Both the position numbers and the translations under genes were made by a program. Below the pieces are notes generated by a model. It worked only from the letters and a program-made list of their open reading frames with translations. It was not told the origin of the DNA and searched no databases. Positions 38,710 through 52,700 of a DNA stretch of 64,000 nucleotides are shown in pieces. Source of the stretch: Eledone cirrhosa (taxonomy: Eukaryota); assembly GCA_964016885.1 (NCBI GenBank), contig OZ024741.1, positions 85,560,001 through 85,624,000 of the forward strand, read 5' to 3'. The first letter of the stretch is position 1; the number at the start of each line of letters is the position of its first letter.

Positions 38710-39671
38710 GTGTATTTGTATGCGTGTATATGTATATTGCTCAAGACAGCTTTAGCCTCACTATCATTACATTTTCAACCACTTCCTCCTTACTTCGTTA
38801 CCATTGACAACATGCCCTCACCGATCACTTATTAATTCTCTATTATTACCACTTCGTTGAGAAATATATTCTTTCATCTATTATCCATACGCCTCCGTTC
38901 CTGTTTTTATCTATGCAAGTGTATCTTTGAACATCCGTTTAATCTGTGTCTATATTCGTACGTGTATTCTCAGGTCCCAAATAATAGGGTGTGGAATAAG
39001 CGGTGAGGTTGGGAAATCGATAATTTTTATAGGTCGTCTCCCTTGTTTTTTTTAAACCAGAATTAGTCGCTTAGTTTACATGAGACCCCAAACCCTTCAC
39101 ATGGGACCCGAAATACCCTTTATTTTATAATATAAGATTTCTTGTAGTATTCTTTTTTGTCGAGTATAATGTTTTTTAATGCCTAAAGAAAATCAGTTGT
39201 CGCAGAAACCCTACCACTTAAAATAGAATTTCGCCGGAGATAGAATAGCAAAATTTAATAAGCGGGGTGGGGTTATTCGAGACTCGAAAGTACGTTTGTA
39301 TGTATATATTTGTATATACGATTGTAAAATCATGAGTTCAGTTCTCGGACTGGGTAGTGCGATGTGTCCATGAGTGAGACACTTTATTTCACGTTACTTC
39401 AGTGTCAACTGAGCTAGTAAAAATGAATTCCAACTGTAATCCAAGGGGTCAGTCTTGTCGCACATTGTGTCACGCCAAATCTCCCTGAGATCTAACTTAA
39501 GTATGAACGTGTCTGTAGAATACAGTCTCTTACACGTTAATTTCATGAACATACAGTTCTGTTGATTAAATTAATTGGATTACATGGTCCAACAATGTAT
39601 GTATGTATGTATATATTTATGTATGTGTGAATGGTATATATGTATATATGTATGTATGTGTATATATATAT

Positions 39672-39867
39672 CAGACCTGTCAACTCTCCCCGTCCGACAA
39701 GGAGTGTCTCCCACTCATTTCGGGGTGGGTGAGAGATGTCTTCTCTTGTGAAACTGGGTATAGCTTTCATTCTGTAAACTCTCCTCATTTTGCCTCATTT
39801 CTCCCCGTTTTGGGGTACCTTTTTTCATGGTACTCCCCATTTGGGTTTTCAGAGGTTGGCAGGTCTG
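39672..39867. mobile_element. hAT-like MITE, second copy
   Basis: Terminal inverted repeats CAGACCTGTCAAC / GTTGGCAGGTCTG. Confidence 0.72.
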
Positions 39868-40310
39868 ATATTTGCGAATGTATATATATATGTACGTGTG
39901 TATGTATATGTATATGAATGTATATATGTATATATGTGTATATGTTTGTTTGTGTACATGTGTATGTGACTTAGTAATGACTCTCCATTCATTTGTGTGT
40001 CTAAGTGTCAGTATTTGTCTGTGGATATTATGTGTGTTAATGCTCTTCTATATATATGTCCGTTCATTTTTTATGCGTATGTAATTGTGTTTGTCTCAGT
40101 GGAAGTGTTGTATATTATACAAGTGTTTGTGAATATGTAAAGTGTGTATGTGTATGTGTAGGTGTACGCGTGTGTATGTCTTATGTGGGGAGGGGGAGTC
40201 AATGTGTTGTTCTTTCTTACTGGTGCAAAATAAAATGGCGACTAATTCATCTCAAATTAATTTCCTATCTATTTGTATTTTATTGGAAATAATCTACACG
40301 TGTGTCTCAA

Positions 40311-40580
<270 letters not shown>

Positions 40581-40592
40581 CTCTATCTATCT

Positions 40593-40655
<63 letters not shown>

Positions 40656-40988
40656 AGCTTTAATCTGAATATAAAGAAGATAAATCACAATAAAGGAAGG
40701 AATTGATACGTTCGTTTGTAGAGTGACATATTTTACTCATCCAATCTGTCCTACGTTTCTACAGAATAATAAGCTATAAATAAATCAATCAATTTCTTGT
40801 TGAGAATGTTTCCTTTCATGTGTGCGATAAGGTTGTCAAGAGAACTTCGGTAAAAATACTTGGCATTTTTCCTTCCGGCTCTTTGTGCTCTCAGTTCGAA
40901 TCTTGCCGATGTCAACATGACCTGTCATCAGGAGCCTCGTTTGCCTCAAATATGTGAGGAGGACAAACCAAGATTTGTTGATTCGTAA

Positions 40989-41206
40989 CCCTTTAGCATT
41001 TAAACCGGCCATATCCGGTCACAATACTCTCACCTGTTTCTGTTCAAATCGGCCGTAACTGGCCACTCATACTTATGTTAAGGTATTTTTCTCAATAAAT
41101 AATATCAAAATCTTATTGATTCGATATTATGTGAGATATTATGCGAGATAAAGCCTTTACTTTGAAAATACAATAGTATATATAGAGTAATGTAAATGTT
41201 AAAGGG
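40989..41206. mobile_element. piggyBac-type MITE
   Basis: Terminal inverted repeats CCCTTTAGCATTTA / TAAATGTTAAAGGG. Flanks are GTAA and TTAA. Confidence 0.75.
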
Positions 41207-42235
41207 TTAAATGAGCATTAATTGCTTATGGTTTCTTTCCAGGACCCCATCAACAATAACTAAAATTTTACGTAAATTAAATTTTATATATTCAAATGAA
41301 GTTCAGATATAAAAAAAATAAGCTTAAAAAGAATTTATTATATCAAATAAACCAAAAATAAAATATAGACGTTTGAAAAAGTGGGGGGGGGGGGGATTTG
41401 TCCCCTGGTACCCCCCTAAAACAAGCCCTTGCCTGTCGTGCATTCATGGTTAATAAATAAAGTACCATTCTAGTACTGAGTCGACTCTCTCCTTCGCTAG
41501 AAGTAATCGACTGTGTTCAGTATGGGCCCCGCCTGGATTAAATGGTCAAGGCACGCCGAATTTAATGACGCAACCCTTACGACACAATCAGAAGTTAAAG
41601 GTCCGTGGTATACGTTTTAATAATATTTCATTCTAAGATATATTTTATTTGCACGGAAGAGTATATTTATTTACATATTTTGCTAATCGACGCATTTCGA
41701 ACTCCACATATAAAATGATTTTATATTATCTAGTAATACGTCTAACTTACATTTATTTTACGTTGTCCAATATTATTATACTTCAAAGTAACATACTGTT
41801 ATCTAATTCTAATGTAAAATTATGTTAATATTGATTTTTTCCAGTAACACTTTTTATTCCGACATTACTAAACTACTACATTTGAAGAGAGAGAGATATC
41901 CGTTCATTTCTCTATGTGTATTTTAAAATAGAATGTTTTCAAATAAGTAGGAGTTGTATCCCATAGCGTTTCTCGTTTAATTAGAATGAACTCTCTCAAA
42001 CACGAAGTTACGTTTGATTTCATTATTACACTTATTTATATAAGAGCCCCCAAACTGTGTGTGTCTGTGTGTGTGTGGTGTGGGTATGTGTGTATAGATA
42101 CACATATTTATATGCATATATAAATTATATGCCTCATATAAAAAAATATATTACCAGACAAAAATAAATATAAAAATTACATCAAACCTGATTTCCTGTT
42201 TATATATGTGCGTTATGCGTGTATATATCTATCTA

Positions 42236-42304
<69 letters not shown>

Positions 42305-42360
42305 GACGTAAAATAAGAAAATTTTAAAAATAAAAAATTAACTTACTTACTAAAATTTTC

Positions 42361-42442
42361 ACTCCAACTAATTAGTTTCTGTAAGGGAGTAAATATAGTT
42401 ACGTAACACAACTATAGAGAAGTCCTTACGTCATCAGGGAGT
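42361..42442 (-). ncRNA. Type I hammerhead ribozyme with long stem II
   Basis: Reverse complement of 42816-42897. Confidence 0.7.
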
Positions 42443-42815
42443 CTATTCTCAGCTAAGTTCCCAGGCAATGCGCGGACACTAGGAACCCATATAAAAATAA
42501 TAATTAAGTGGATGGAACAAAGCTAGCGGGGACTAAATTCCAGGGCACTGAAAAAATTCACTGCCTACTTGGTCAGTGGCAAATTCTAAAGAATCAATCA
42601 CGTGACACTCTTGTCATAATACCACCCCACTCCTCACTGATTAACCTCAGTGTCACGTGATTGATTCTTTAGAATTTGCCACTGACGAAGTAGGCAGTGA
42701 ATTTTTTCAGCGCCCTGGAATTTAGTCCCCGCTAGCTTTGTTCCATCCACTGAATTATTATTTTTATATGTGTTCCTAGTGTCCGCGCATTGCCTGGGAA
42801 CTTAGCTGAGAATAG

Positions 42816-42897
42816 ACTCCCTGATGACGTAAGGACTTCTCTATAGTTGTGTTACGTAACTATATTTACTCCCTTACAGAAACTAATTAGTTGGAGT
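42816..42897 (+). ncRNA. Type I hammerhead ribozyme with long stem II
   Basis: ACTCC-CTGATGA-C-GTAAGG...TATAGTT/AACTATA...CCTTAC-A-GAAA-CTAATTAG-TT-GGAGT. Palindromic stem III and GUU site. Confidence 0.72.
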
Positions 42898-43092
42898 GAA
42901 AATTTTAGTAAGTTAATTTTTAATTTTTAAAATTTTCTCATTTTACGTCTTTCATATAATTATTCTGCATCCCCCTGCATAGAACCACAAAGGTACTAAG
43001 ACATAACATATATATTTGCTAGCATGGGTATACATCTGTATACATATGTTGGTAGATATACTAATTCTATATATATATATATATATATATAT

Positions 43093-44630
43093 GCGAAACC
43101 CACCCCCTTAGCAACTTCATTGATACCCTTCTCAAGCCTTTTCTCAAACACCTCAAAAGCTATATAAGGGACGGCCTAGATATGCTCAATCACCTCCCTA
43201 ATATGCCCCTTTCTGAACAAACCCTACTAGTGACATTCGATGTAGTCAACCTATACTCCAACATCCCCCCCCCCCACAAACTAGGAATAGAAGCTATCCA
43301 ATTCTGGCTGGATAATTACCACAATGAACTCCCACAACACATCAAAAAAGAATTCGTGATAGAGGGACTCAAATTTATCTTGGAGAACAATTACTTCGTT
43401 TTCAATAACAAATTCTACAGGCAGAAATCTGGGACCGCTATGGGAACGAAAACACCCCCCACTTATGCCAACCTAGTCATGGGATACCTGGAAATCACCC
43501 TCTACACTAAAGTACTAAACAAATTTGGAAACACTCTCCATTTACACATAGAAAAGAACTGGAAGCGATATCTAGATGACTTCTTCATCCTTTGGCACGA
43601 AAACATCGAGAAACTTAAAGAATTTCACACCCTTATAAATGGGCTCAACACGAATATTAACGTCACGATGGAATACAGCCATCAACAACTCCCCTTCCTC
43701 GACATCCTCATTAAGATTCATAACAAAAAAATAGAAAAAGACATATACTACAAGCCCACAGACTCCAAGCAATATCTTCCTTTCAACTCTTGCCACCCTA
43801 GACACGTTAAAATTAATATTCCCTATAACTTAGCCAAGAGAATCTGTACTATAGTCTCCAATAAAAACACCTGTTACTTACGGCTACAAGAACTAAAGGA
43901 CACACTCATAGGCAGGGACTACCCATCATCACTAATTGACAATGGAATCCAACGTGCCCTAAAACTCAGTACCAAGGACCTTAGACACCCTAAAGTAAAT
44001 CAACCGAACTAAAAGCTCTTCCATACATCTCCACACACAACCCCCTCAACAATGAGGCCTTTGACACCATCCTCCAGAACATCCCTGTGTTAAAAAAGGA
44101 CCATAGAATGAACCAAATCCTTCGAACACACGATATCATAAAGAGCAAAAAACAATCTAAGTCAATGAAAAACATCCTAACACATGCCAAAGTACTGCCA
44201 ACCACAACAACGAAACCCACAGTAAAAAAAATGCGATAGACCCAACTGTGGCATATGCATCAACTTAATAGAGGGTTCGGAATTCTATTTCAAAGAAGGA
44301 CAACGTTTTATAGTAAAATACAATTTCACATGCGCATCAAAAAATCTAATATATGTATTAACTTGCTCAGGTTGTCGAGAACAATACATAGGCCAGACCA
44401 AAAACAGCCTCCGCCAACGCATGACTGTCCGTAGATCCCAAATTAAAATACGGGAATACAGGAAAATACCACTGAGTGAACACATTGATACCTGTGCCGC
44501 CCAAAATCATCCCAACTTTAGAATCTTTCCCCTCTACAAATTTAAAGATAATACCACCCACACCCAGCGCATCAGCAAGGAATCTCACTTTATTAACAAA
44601 TACGGACCCCGTGTAAACACTTCTCACTAA
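43093..44630 (+). mobile_element. Penelope-like element (Neptune-like), 5'-truncated: RT, Cys linker and GIY-YIG, frameshifted
   Basis: FDVVNLYSNI, GTAMGT, RYLDD, LPFLD, YYKPTD; CDRPNCGIC; NLIYVLTCSGCREQYIGQT. Starts directly after (TA)n. Confidence 0.92.
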
Positions 44631-45211
44631 GACGAACCCACAACATACGCAAGTCAACATACATACCTACATCAGCATACATCCTACATACATCTCTATC
44701 CACATATAAACACAATGACATACGTAAACACACATGTTCTATGGTGCAACACAAATATACACAAATTTGCATACCTTTTGATGTCTATAGATATAAACGT
44801 GCCGACACACACACATACATATACGCACACATGCATTGCACACTGATGGGCACATACATATTTGTACACAAGTATTCCAATACGGCAGGGCCTAATGGAT
44901 TCCCCTTGCAGTACGTACAATCTGGACACTCACACACACACACATATATATACACACACATACACACGCGTACACTAACATACAAAGATACATATACACA
45001 CACACATACACACGCGTACACTAACATACAAAGAGACATATACACACACACATACACACGCGTACACTAACATACAAAGAGACATATACACACACACACA
45101 CTTCTCCGTATAAGACAAGAGCTGAAAAATATCTTTCAACATGTTAAAATATCCCCCACACACGTACAGACACATTCCTACTTACCGATCCCTCTACCAC
45201 GAATTACTCTG

Positions 45212-45245
<34 letters not shown>

Positions 45246-45773
45246 TTGTCTTAATAGGCACCTGAACTGTTGATCTTTCAACATGACTGCAATTCACACA
45301 CACACTGACCATTATCACAACAATGAACCTCTTTACTACACACACACACATATTTGTCTTAAAAGACTTATTTTTCAGTGACTTCTCAATCAGGCGAAAA
45401 AGGACACTCTTCGACAAACCTACATTTGGCGCAAAATCAATTTTTAACATTCACGTGACCTCTACCGACCAATCAAAATTGTTTTGACCACAAGAATTTT
45501 TGCAACACGAATTGGCGCGAAACTTATTTTAATACCTCTGGAGCCACTTTTTTCACATAAAACAGGTAGAATTTCCAAAACTAATCAGATTAGAGCAAAC
45601 ATCACGGGCGCTCTATCTCAAAATTATTTTTGAAAAGCATTAGAAATGCGCAACCGGTAAAAACTTAAAACTAAAACTGAATACTAACTAATACTTATTA
45701 CTAATTTATACTTATTCCTAATTAAACTATTTTTCAGTGGGAAAAATTTGTCAGCATTTTCTTTTCCTTTTTA

Positions 45774-45807
<34 letters not shown>

Positions 45808-45880
45808 TACAGTACATAATATACACGAAGGTGTTATAATTTGCTTAAAGCATTATGTAATGTGTAGAAAATATATTTTA

Positions 45881-45972
45881 AAGTTAACCTCGGCGGGATT
45901 TGAACTCAGATCATAAAGGGACGTAACTATGCTGGAAAGCATGGCGTTCGACCCTCTACCGATACTGCCAAT
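45881..45972 (-). mobile_element. SINE family 1, 5' half
   Basis: Matches 5540-5632, including A and B boxes. Confidence 0.85.
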
Positions 45973-48900
45973 CAAGTGGGAATGAGGTGTCAGAGTATCA
46001 TCATTTAGTTTGTTCAGGTGTGACGCGCGTTTCGTGATTGATCACCTCACGGTTCGATCTGTATTGATCGGGCCCACTTCTGGAATCAATAGTCTATTAA
46101 ACTCTTGATTCATTAATGATGCAGCTTACCACAAAATAAACCACAGGTTTATTGTCGCAGAAAAGTAAAACATTGCAATGAAACCGGAGGCAGAAGGAAA
46201 TGGAGTAAAGAAGGTAATAAAATTGCAATCACGTGTCACATTCTTGCATTCTTTGAAATGTTTGAAATCAGTGGGAACCATCTGATGGAACAGATAAGAA
46301 AAATTAGGCCAATAACTGACTCACCAAGGTTGATTGATAGGCTAAAGTTCAAAGTATGAATGTTAATGCTGAAGGTAACTTAGATGATGCAAAAGTAGTA
46401 AGTGGGAAACATAAAGATCATAATAAGAATGAATCAACTGAGAAAGAATTACCCTACCAAAATGACGTGGGGGGGGGATAATGAACTATAAATGTGGTGA
46501 GATTGGAAAAATCAAGTGACTGATGATGTGGACATTGAAAACGTGAATAAAAATGAAAATGAAGAAATGGAAGAAACAATATTGGTCATCAAAAGATTGA
46601 GAGATCTGTTTAATGATCCTGGATTCAATAAGACAGCGCTGAATCTTCGGAATATAAGTCGTTTAGCAACTGAAACAGCAAAAGTAAACCAAGCAATGAT
46701 GTACAAAGAATCCAAAGGTATCACCGTCTTGAGAAAGTTAATCAGCGCTGCAGGGTTTCTGGTGACTGAGCGATTAGGTATTAAGCAAACTGAAAAGAAG
46801 AAATTTAAGGAACCCAAGTGGAAGATAAAATTGGAAGGTGATATAATTTAACTCAGAAAAAATCTAGATAAAACGGATACTGAGTATAAAGGAAAGTGGA
46901 AGAAGTCTAAATTAGAGAAGAAACGACGTATGAACATGTGGTATAAAATGAAGTTGAATGATGGAAGAAGTGAACCACTGAGTTGAAGCAAACTATAATC
47001 AGGTTAGGCGCTATACAAATAGACAAAAACAATATGAACAGAATAGATTGTTCTCTGCAAATCAGAAAATGTTCTTTAGATTAGTGTCAAGGTAAAGTGG
47101 TGCAGAGGTTGCACCTAATGCTGAAGAATCGACACAATTTCAGTCACATGTATGGGGAATTGTTCCCTCCACAATCACGCATCCCAGTAGACACCACATA
47201 TCTTTTCCTGGTGGAATCCTGGAAATGCGGACTTTAATAGTTCTTTTCACTGAGTGTTTTATAGCGAGGGCTATTGACTTAAACAGTCCAGTCTGCTCTT
47301 TACCTATAAGGGTTCCAAGGTTCCAGCCCCTCGCTATGTATTCTGTGTCGTCTCTGATGCACCTCAGTGCAGCTTCGACTTCTGCCTGGGGAGTGTTGGT
47401 CGCTTTTTTAGTCTCTACTGAGATGCATCTAAAGACCACAGTTCTACTCTCCACTGCTTCTATGGCCTCTGACGGGACAGTTAAGTTGGCCCAGGTTTGC
47501 TCATGTTTAATGAGCTTCCAGGAATGGACAAACTTTTTCATTTTTTGTGTCAGGTCCATGCTATATATTATGGGGTCATCTTTACACAGGCCAATGAATG
47601 GAACCTTATATACAGTTCGTAAAAAACAAATTCAGCAAATTCTGCTTTGAAACAACTCAAAATAACCAACACTTCTGGAGCCGATGTGAACACGCCTGTC
47701 GCAAATAAGCACCAAAATAATAATAATAATTATAATAATAATAATAATAATTACCGGACGAACAGAAAGGATGCCGAAAGAAGTCACGTGATACAAAGGA
47801 CCAGTTACTTATTGATAAGATGGTAATGGGGAATTGCAGGAGGAGACACACTGATCTTGCCATGGGATGGATAGACTACAGAAAGGCATTTGACATGGTG
47901 CCTCATTCTTGGATCACCAAAAGCCTGGAGATCTTCAGGGTGGCAGATAACATCAGACAGTTGTTGGGCAAAAGTATGAGGTCCTGGGAAACAGAGTTGA
48001 CATCAACTGGAGAATCCTTGGGAAGCGTGAAGATCAAGAGAGGTATCTTCCAGGGAGATAGCCTGTCCCCTCTGTTGTTTGTCCTTGCCCTGATGCCCCT
48101 GACCAGTGTACTGCGAAAAGTGTGAGCAGGATACAGGTTGGGAAAGGGAGGGCTTACCATCAATCACCTCCTCTTCATGGACGATCTTAAGCTCTTCGGG
48201 AAGAGTGAGAAGGAGTTGGATGTGCTTGTTGACACTGTCCGTATTTTCAGCAGTGATATATGTATGCAGTTTGGTATTAGTAAGTGTGGAGTCATTGTGA
48301 TGAGGAGGGGTAGGTTGAGCAGAAGTAACGGAATTCAGTTACCAACAGGTGAGATGATAAAGGAAATTGACTCTGAGGAAGGATACAAGTATTTGGGCGT
48401 TCTGGAGGCTGATGGCATAAAGAACAAAAAAATGAAGGAATTGTTAAGAACTGAATACATTCGGAGAGTAAGGAACGTATTGAAGTCACATCTGAACAGC
48501 AGAAATGCCATAAGCGCAGTAAATTCCCGAGCTGTGTCTATTATTAGGTACAGTGCGGGAATTCTGAGATGGAATGTTGCTGAACAAAAAGAAATGGATA
48601 GGAAGACTAGGAAGCTATTGACTATCTACAACATGTTCCACAAGAAAATGATGTCGATAGACTCTACCTAAAGAGATCTGAGGGTGGAAGAGGTCTTATC
48701 AGCATAGAGGACTGTGTTCAGATGGAGAAAAACAACCTACACAAATACGTGACTGATAGTAAGGAGCCAATGCTTAGAACTGTACTGAAGGAGGGGACAA
48801 TAGGCCAGGGGATGTCCAAGGAGGAAATAACATCAAGGAGAAAGAGCAGCCTTCAGGAAAAATCCCTTCATAGTACCTTCTTTGAGAAAACTGAATTTAG

Positions 48901-49690
48901 AGATCCACAGACATGGAACTGGTTGAGAAGAGGAGACCTTAAAAAGGCTACAGAAGGAATGTTAATGGCTGCGCAGGAGCAGGCCCTCAAAACGAAGTGG
49001 TTGAAACACCATATTTACAAGGAGGAGGCTAGCCCACTGTGCAGGATCTGTGGAGAGAGAGAGGAGACTGTGGCTCACATTGTATCCGAGTGTAAACACC
49101 TAGCCCAGACTCACTATAAGGGCTGGAGACATGATGTGATGGGCAGGGTGATCCACTGGCACCTGTGCAAAGTAAACAATTTACCACATTCTGAGAAATG
49201 GTATGAGCATAAGCCAGAGGCGGTGATGGAGAACGATCAGGTGAAGGTGCTGTGGGATTTTAGGATACAGACGGACAAGAAACTGGAACACAATAGACCT
49301 GACCTGGTGGTTGTGGACAAAGAAAAAAGATCGTGTCTGATTGTGGATGTGGCCTGCCCATTCGACACGAGAGTGCAAGAGAAGGAGAGGGAGAAAATTA
49401 ACCGATACCAGGACTTAAAGTGGGAGGTAAAAAGGATTTGGAACTGCCATGAAGTCAAAGTGATCCCGATTGTCATAGGCGCACTGGGGACTATCTCCAA
49501 AAGTTTCCAGGGATGGTTTAAGAAAATCGGCCCCTTCACGCTTTTTGGAACGCTTCAAAAGGCATGCTTGCTGGGAACAGCAAGAACCCTCCGATACGTC
49601 TTGAATATCTGAGGCTGCAGGTAGTGGCTTGATATTCATTCCAACGGACTTTCCGGTTAACTAACATCAATGACTGAGACTCAAGGAGTA
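45973..49690 (+). mobile_element. R4/Dong-like RLE LINE (second family), internally disrupted, ending in (TAA)n
   Basis: EPKWK N-terminal motif; [40 protein letters not shown]; CRIC...HIVSEC, RHD, NRPDL, DVACP. 3' end CTGAGACTCAAGGAG(TAA)n. Confidence 0.92.
47160..47560 (-). mobile_element. Isolated Tx1 ORF1 fragment inside the R4-like LINE
   Basis: WKLIKHEQTWANLTVPSEAIEAVE closely matches ORF 59711-60586. Confidence 0.85.
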
Positions 49691-49716
49691 ATAACAATAA
49701 TAATAATAATAATAAT

Positions 49717-52700
49717 GATTTCTTTATTGGCCACAAGGGCTGACATCAAAAAAACATTACAGACGGTGCAGGACGGTACGATGTGGGTTTTGTGCGTGTA
49801 AAGATTTTTATTATTTATATAAGAAAAGAAAAAGAAAAAAAAAGACATAGAAACATATATATATAAACAATAAAAATGATAATTCAAACAACGAAAAATT
49901 CCCCAATAGGGGGGAAACCTCCGAGGGTTACTCGTGGCGAAAACCACACAAAAGACCACGTCCACCCTGACCACCAGGGCAAGCGCCCTCTCTCAATTTT
50001 TCCATTCCTCAAACTACAAGCGTATATTCAGAGCAGTCCCGTTCACTCGGACCATTCTCGCTACATTCACCCACCTTTCAACAAACTTGCTAGAATGAAG
50101 CACTTGCCTCTCCAACCCGATTTTCCTCTTCAAGTGAAACTTGAAAAAGTTAATCAGGGATTCGCCCAAAGAGGAAAGTGTCTGTCTTTAACCCTTTCAA
50201 CCTTGTCCACCACACTATCTCTTTCGCCATGGCCACCAGCCAGATGAAAACCGCCTGCCCTTCCTTCTCGAAGGAAGACGGCGAGACCATCTGCACAATG
50301 GACTCAGTCGATAACCGGATCGGTCGCACACGCGACAGAAACTGTTCGACATAGCTCCACAAGTCAGCAATGCCCTGGCACTGAACGAGTGCGTGCACGA
50401 CGGTTTCGTCGCTCTGCGCGCATCTCGGACAGGCTCGGCTGACGGCACTTCCGTGCCTGTAGAGCTTATCTCGAACCGGCAGAGCTCCCCGGTAGCACTG
50501 CCAGACCAGGGATTTTTGGAAGTTATCCATAGGCCCTGGGCTGAAAGTTCTCTGGAAGAGAGCTAACAGCTGATTTTTTCGACGCCCAGGATCTCTCCGA
50601 GAACGTCGTCGCGCTTCCCCTCCTATAGAACGCCGAGGTGGATGTTCCACCGATACTGGTGCCCAGCTGGCAGAGGGCAGTGAGCGCCTGGAGACATTCC
50701 AGTTTCCAAGCGCTATCCCTCGGTCTTTTCCTGACCCAGGACTGGAGTTCCGTCAAGGAGACGAGCTGTGGGAAAACGTGCCTGGCGAACGGCGACCACA
50801 CCTGTTCACCGTCAAGGAAGCACCAGAGATCTCGCAGCCTCAACGCATGTTTGCGCATCATCAGCCATGGCATGCCCAGACCTCCACGCAACGGGTGTTG
50901 ACAGCAGATGGATCGTCTGACCATAGGAGCGCGTCCCTTCCACAAAAAGCGGAAGAGGAGGTGAGAGTTGGGCCGGGGCAAGGGATGACGGTGAGGCGGT
51001 AGTAGATGACGGATGCGATGTACGCATTCGCCTCCTCCGCCCGATCTTTCAGAGACAGCCTCCTCTCGGCCCTTTTCTGGGTGAGATAGGCCACCCTGCT
51101 CGTCACCTCACTCCAATTTTCCTCCATCTGGAGGTCCGGACCGAACCAGACCCCGAGCAATTTAACCGGTCCTTCCGTCCAGCGCCCCACGACGCTGTCG
51201 GAGGGCATAGACTTGCCTCTCCAGGTGCCGAGTTACAAGCCCACCGACTTTTTCTGGTTTAACTTTGCTCTTGTCACCGCTTCGTATTACTTGAGAGCGG
51301 TGCCGAGCATCTGGACGTGTTTGGTGCTCGACACCACCACAGTGACGTCGTCGGCGTAAGCTGACACGGATCTCCCGCATCCCAGTCGCGTGGGACCCCC
51401 CCCCCCCCCTCATCGTCTCCAATTTGTGCAGTAACGGCTCTAGGGCCAGTACGTACAAGAGGGACGAGAGGGGAAACGCTGGCGGACCGACCGCATGATG
51501 CTGAAAGGCTGAGACAGGTGACCATTCACCCTCACAATCGAGCAGATGTCGCTGTGCATCGCAGCGATCCAGCGCCTAAAAACGGGCCCGAAGCCGGCCG
51601 CCTCGAGGACCGCAGCCAGGTACCGATGGTCGACCCTATCAAATGCTTTAGATGATCCAAGTTTATCAGGGCCCCACCCGTGCCAGGTTCCTTAACCACC
51701 CTCTCTATGATGTATCGCATGAGATGGAGGTTGTCGTGGATGGATCTGTCCGGAATAACACATGTCTGCGCCTCTCCCACCAGATCACCGACGACAAGCC
51801 AATTTCTTTGCTAAAACCTTGGCCAAAATCTTAAACTCTGCATTTAGCAGTGTTATGGGCATGAAGTTGTCTATAACGTCCCCCTTGTTCGGGTCTTTTC
51901 TCAGCAGCGCCACCGCTCCCCCGCTCACAAAACTGGGAATGCTCCCGTTCTGCTGCCAGTTGCAGTAGACATCTGCCAAGAGGTCACCGAACAAGTCTGG
52001 CATATACGCATAAAGCTCGTAGGGCAGACCATCCAAACCTGGAGATTTATCCCTCGTGCAGTCAGACATCGCTTTCCGTATTTCACCTGCTGTTATCGGC
52101 TTTTCGCAGCACTGCGCTGCGGTCGTCGGGAGCAGCGGCAGTCCGTTGAGGTATGCACCGAAAGTCCATACTCCGGTCCGGCCCGCCGCCGCTCCCGAAC
52201 AATTGAGCAAAGTGCTGTTGAAAAGCTGCACACATTTGCTCTGGTTCGAGCAACATGCGCCCGTTTTGATCAGGCAAAGACCGAATTGTGTACTTGTTGA
52301 CACGTCGCGCCTCCACCACCCGGGCCCATTGAACGGCTTTCGTCCCCTCGTGTCTTAGAGCACGCGCTCTAGCTCTGACAATGCAGCCTTCATGCTTTGC
52401 GATGCCTGTCCTAAACGCCTCTTCTAGCTTTCTAACTAACTCTCCCTCTACTCTATTTTTCTATATCACTACTCCTTTGCTAAACCTTATCGATTCTACT
52501 CTAATAGCCCTATTCAGGGTAAACCACCACCTGTTGTTGACGATCGCACCCGTCAACGTACGCTTAACTAATGCGATAATGCGGTCTCTGTAAGCTTTGC
52601 GCGCCGGGAACGACGCGTTCAGCTTCCAGTAGCAGGGGCCCTTGCTTATGGAGTCTATCTAAGTCAACTTCACAGATCACAAATTTGTGGTCCGTGTAGT

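Larger units (their letters stand above)
42298..42957. repeat. Long inverted repeat (~310 bp arms, ~40 bp spacer), PLE pseudo-LTR-like
   Basis: 42298-42609 mirrors 42649-42957 with few mismatches. (TA)n on the left, PLE RT ~140 bp to the right. Confidence 0.92.

Noticed and set aside
44950-45100. CRISPR-like repeat-spacer array
   Set aside because: Simple ~54 bp AC-rich tandem duplication without unique spacers, in eukaryotic DNA.
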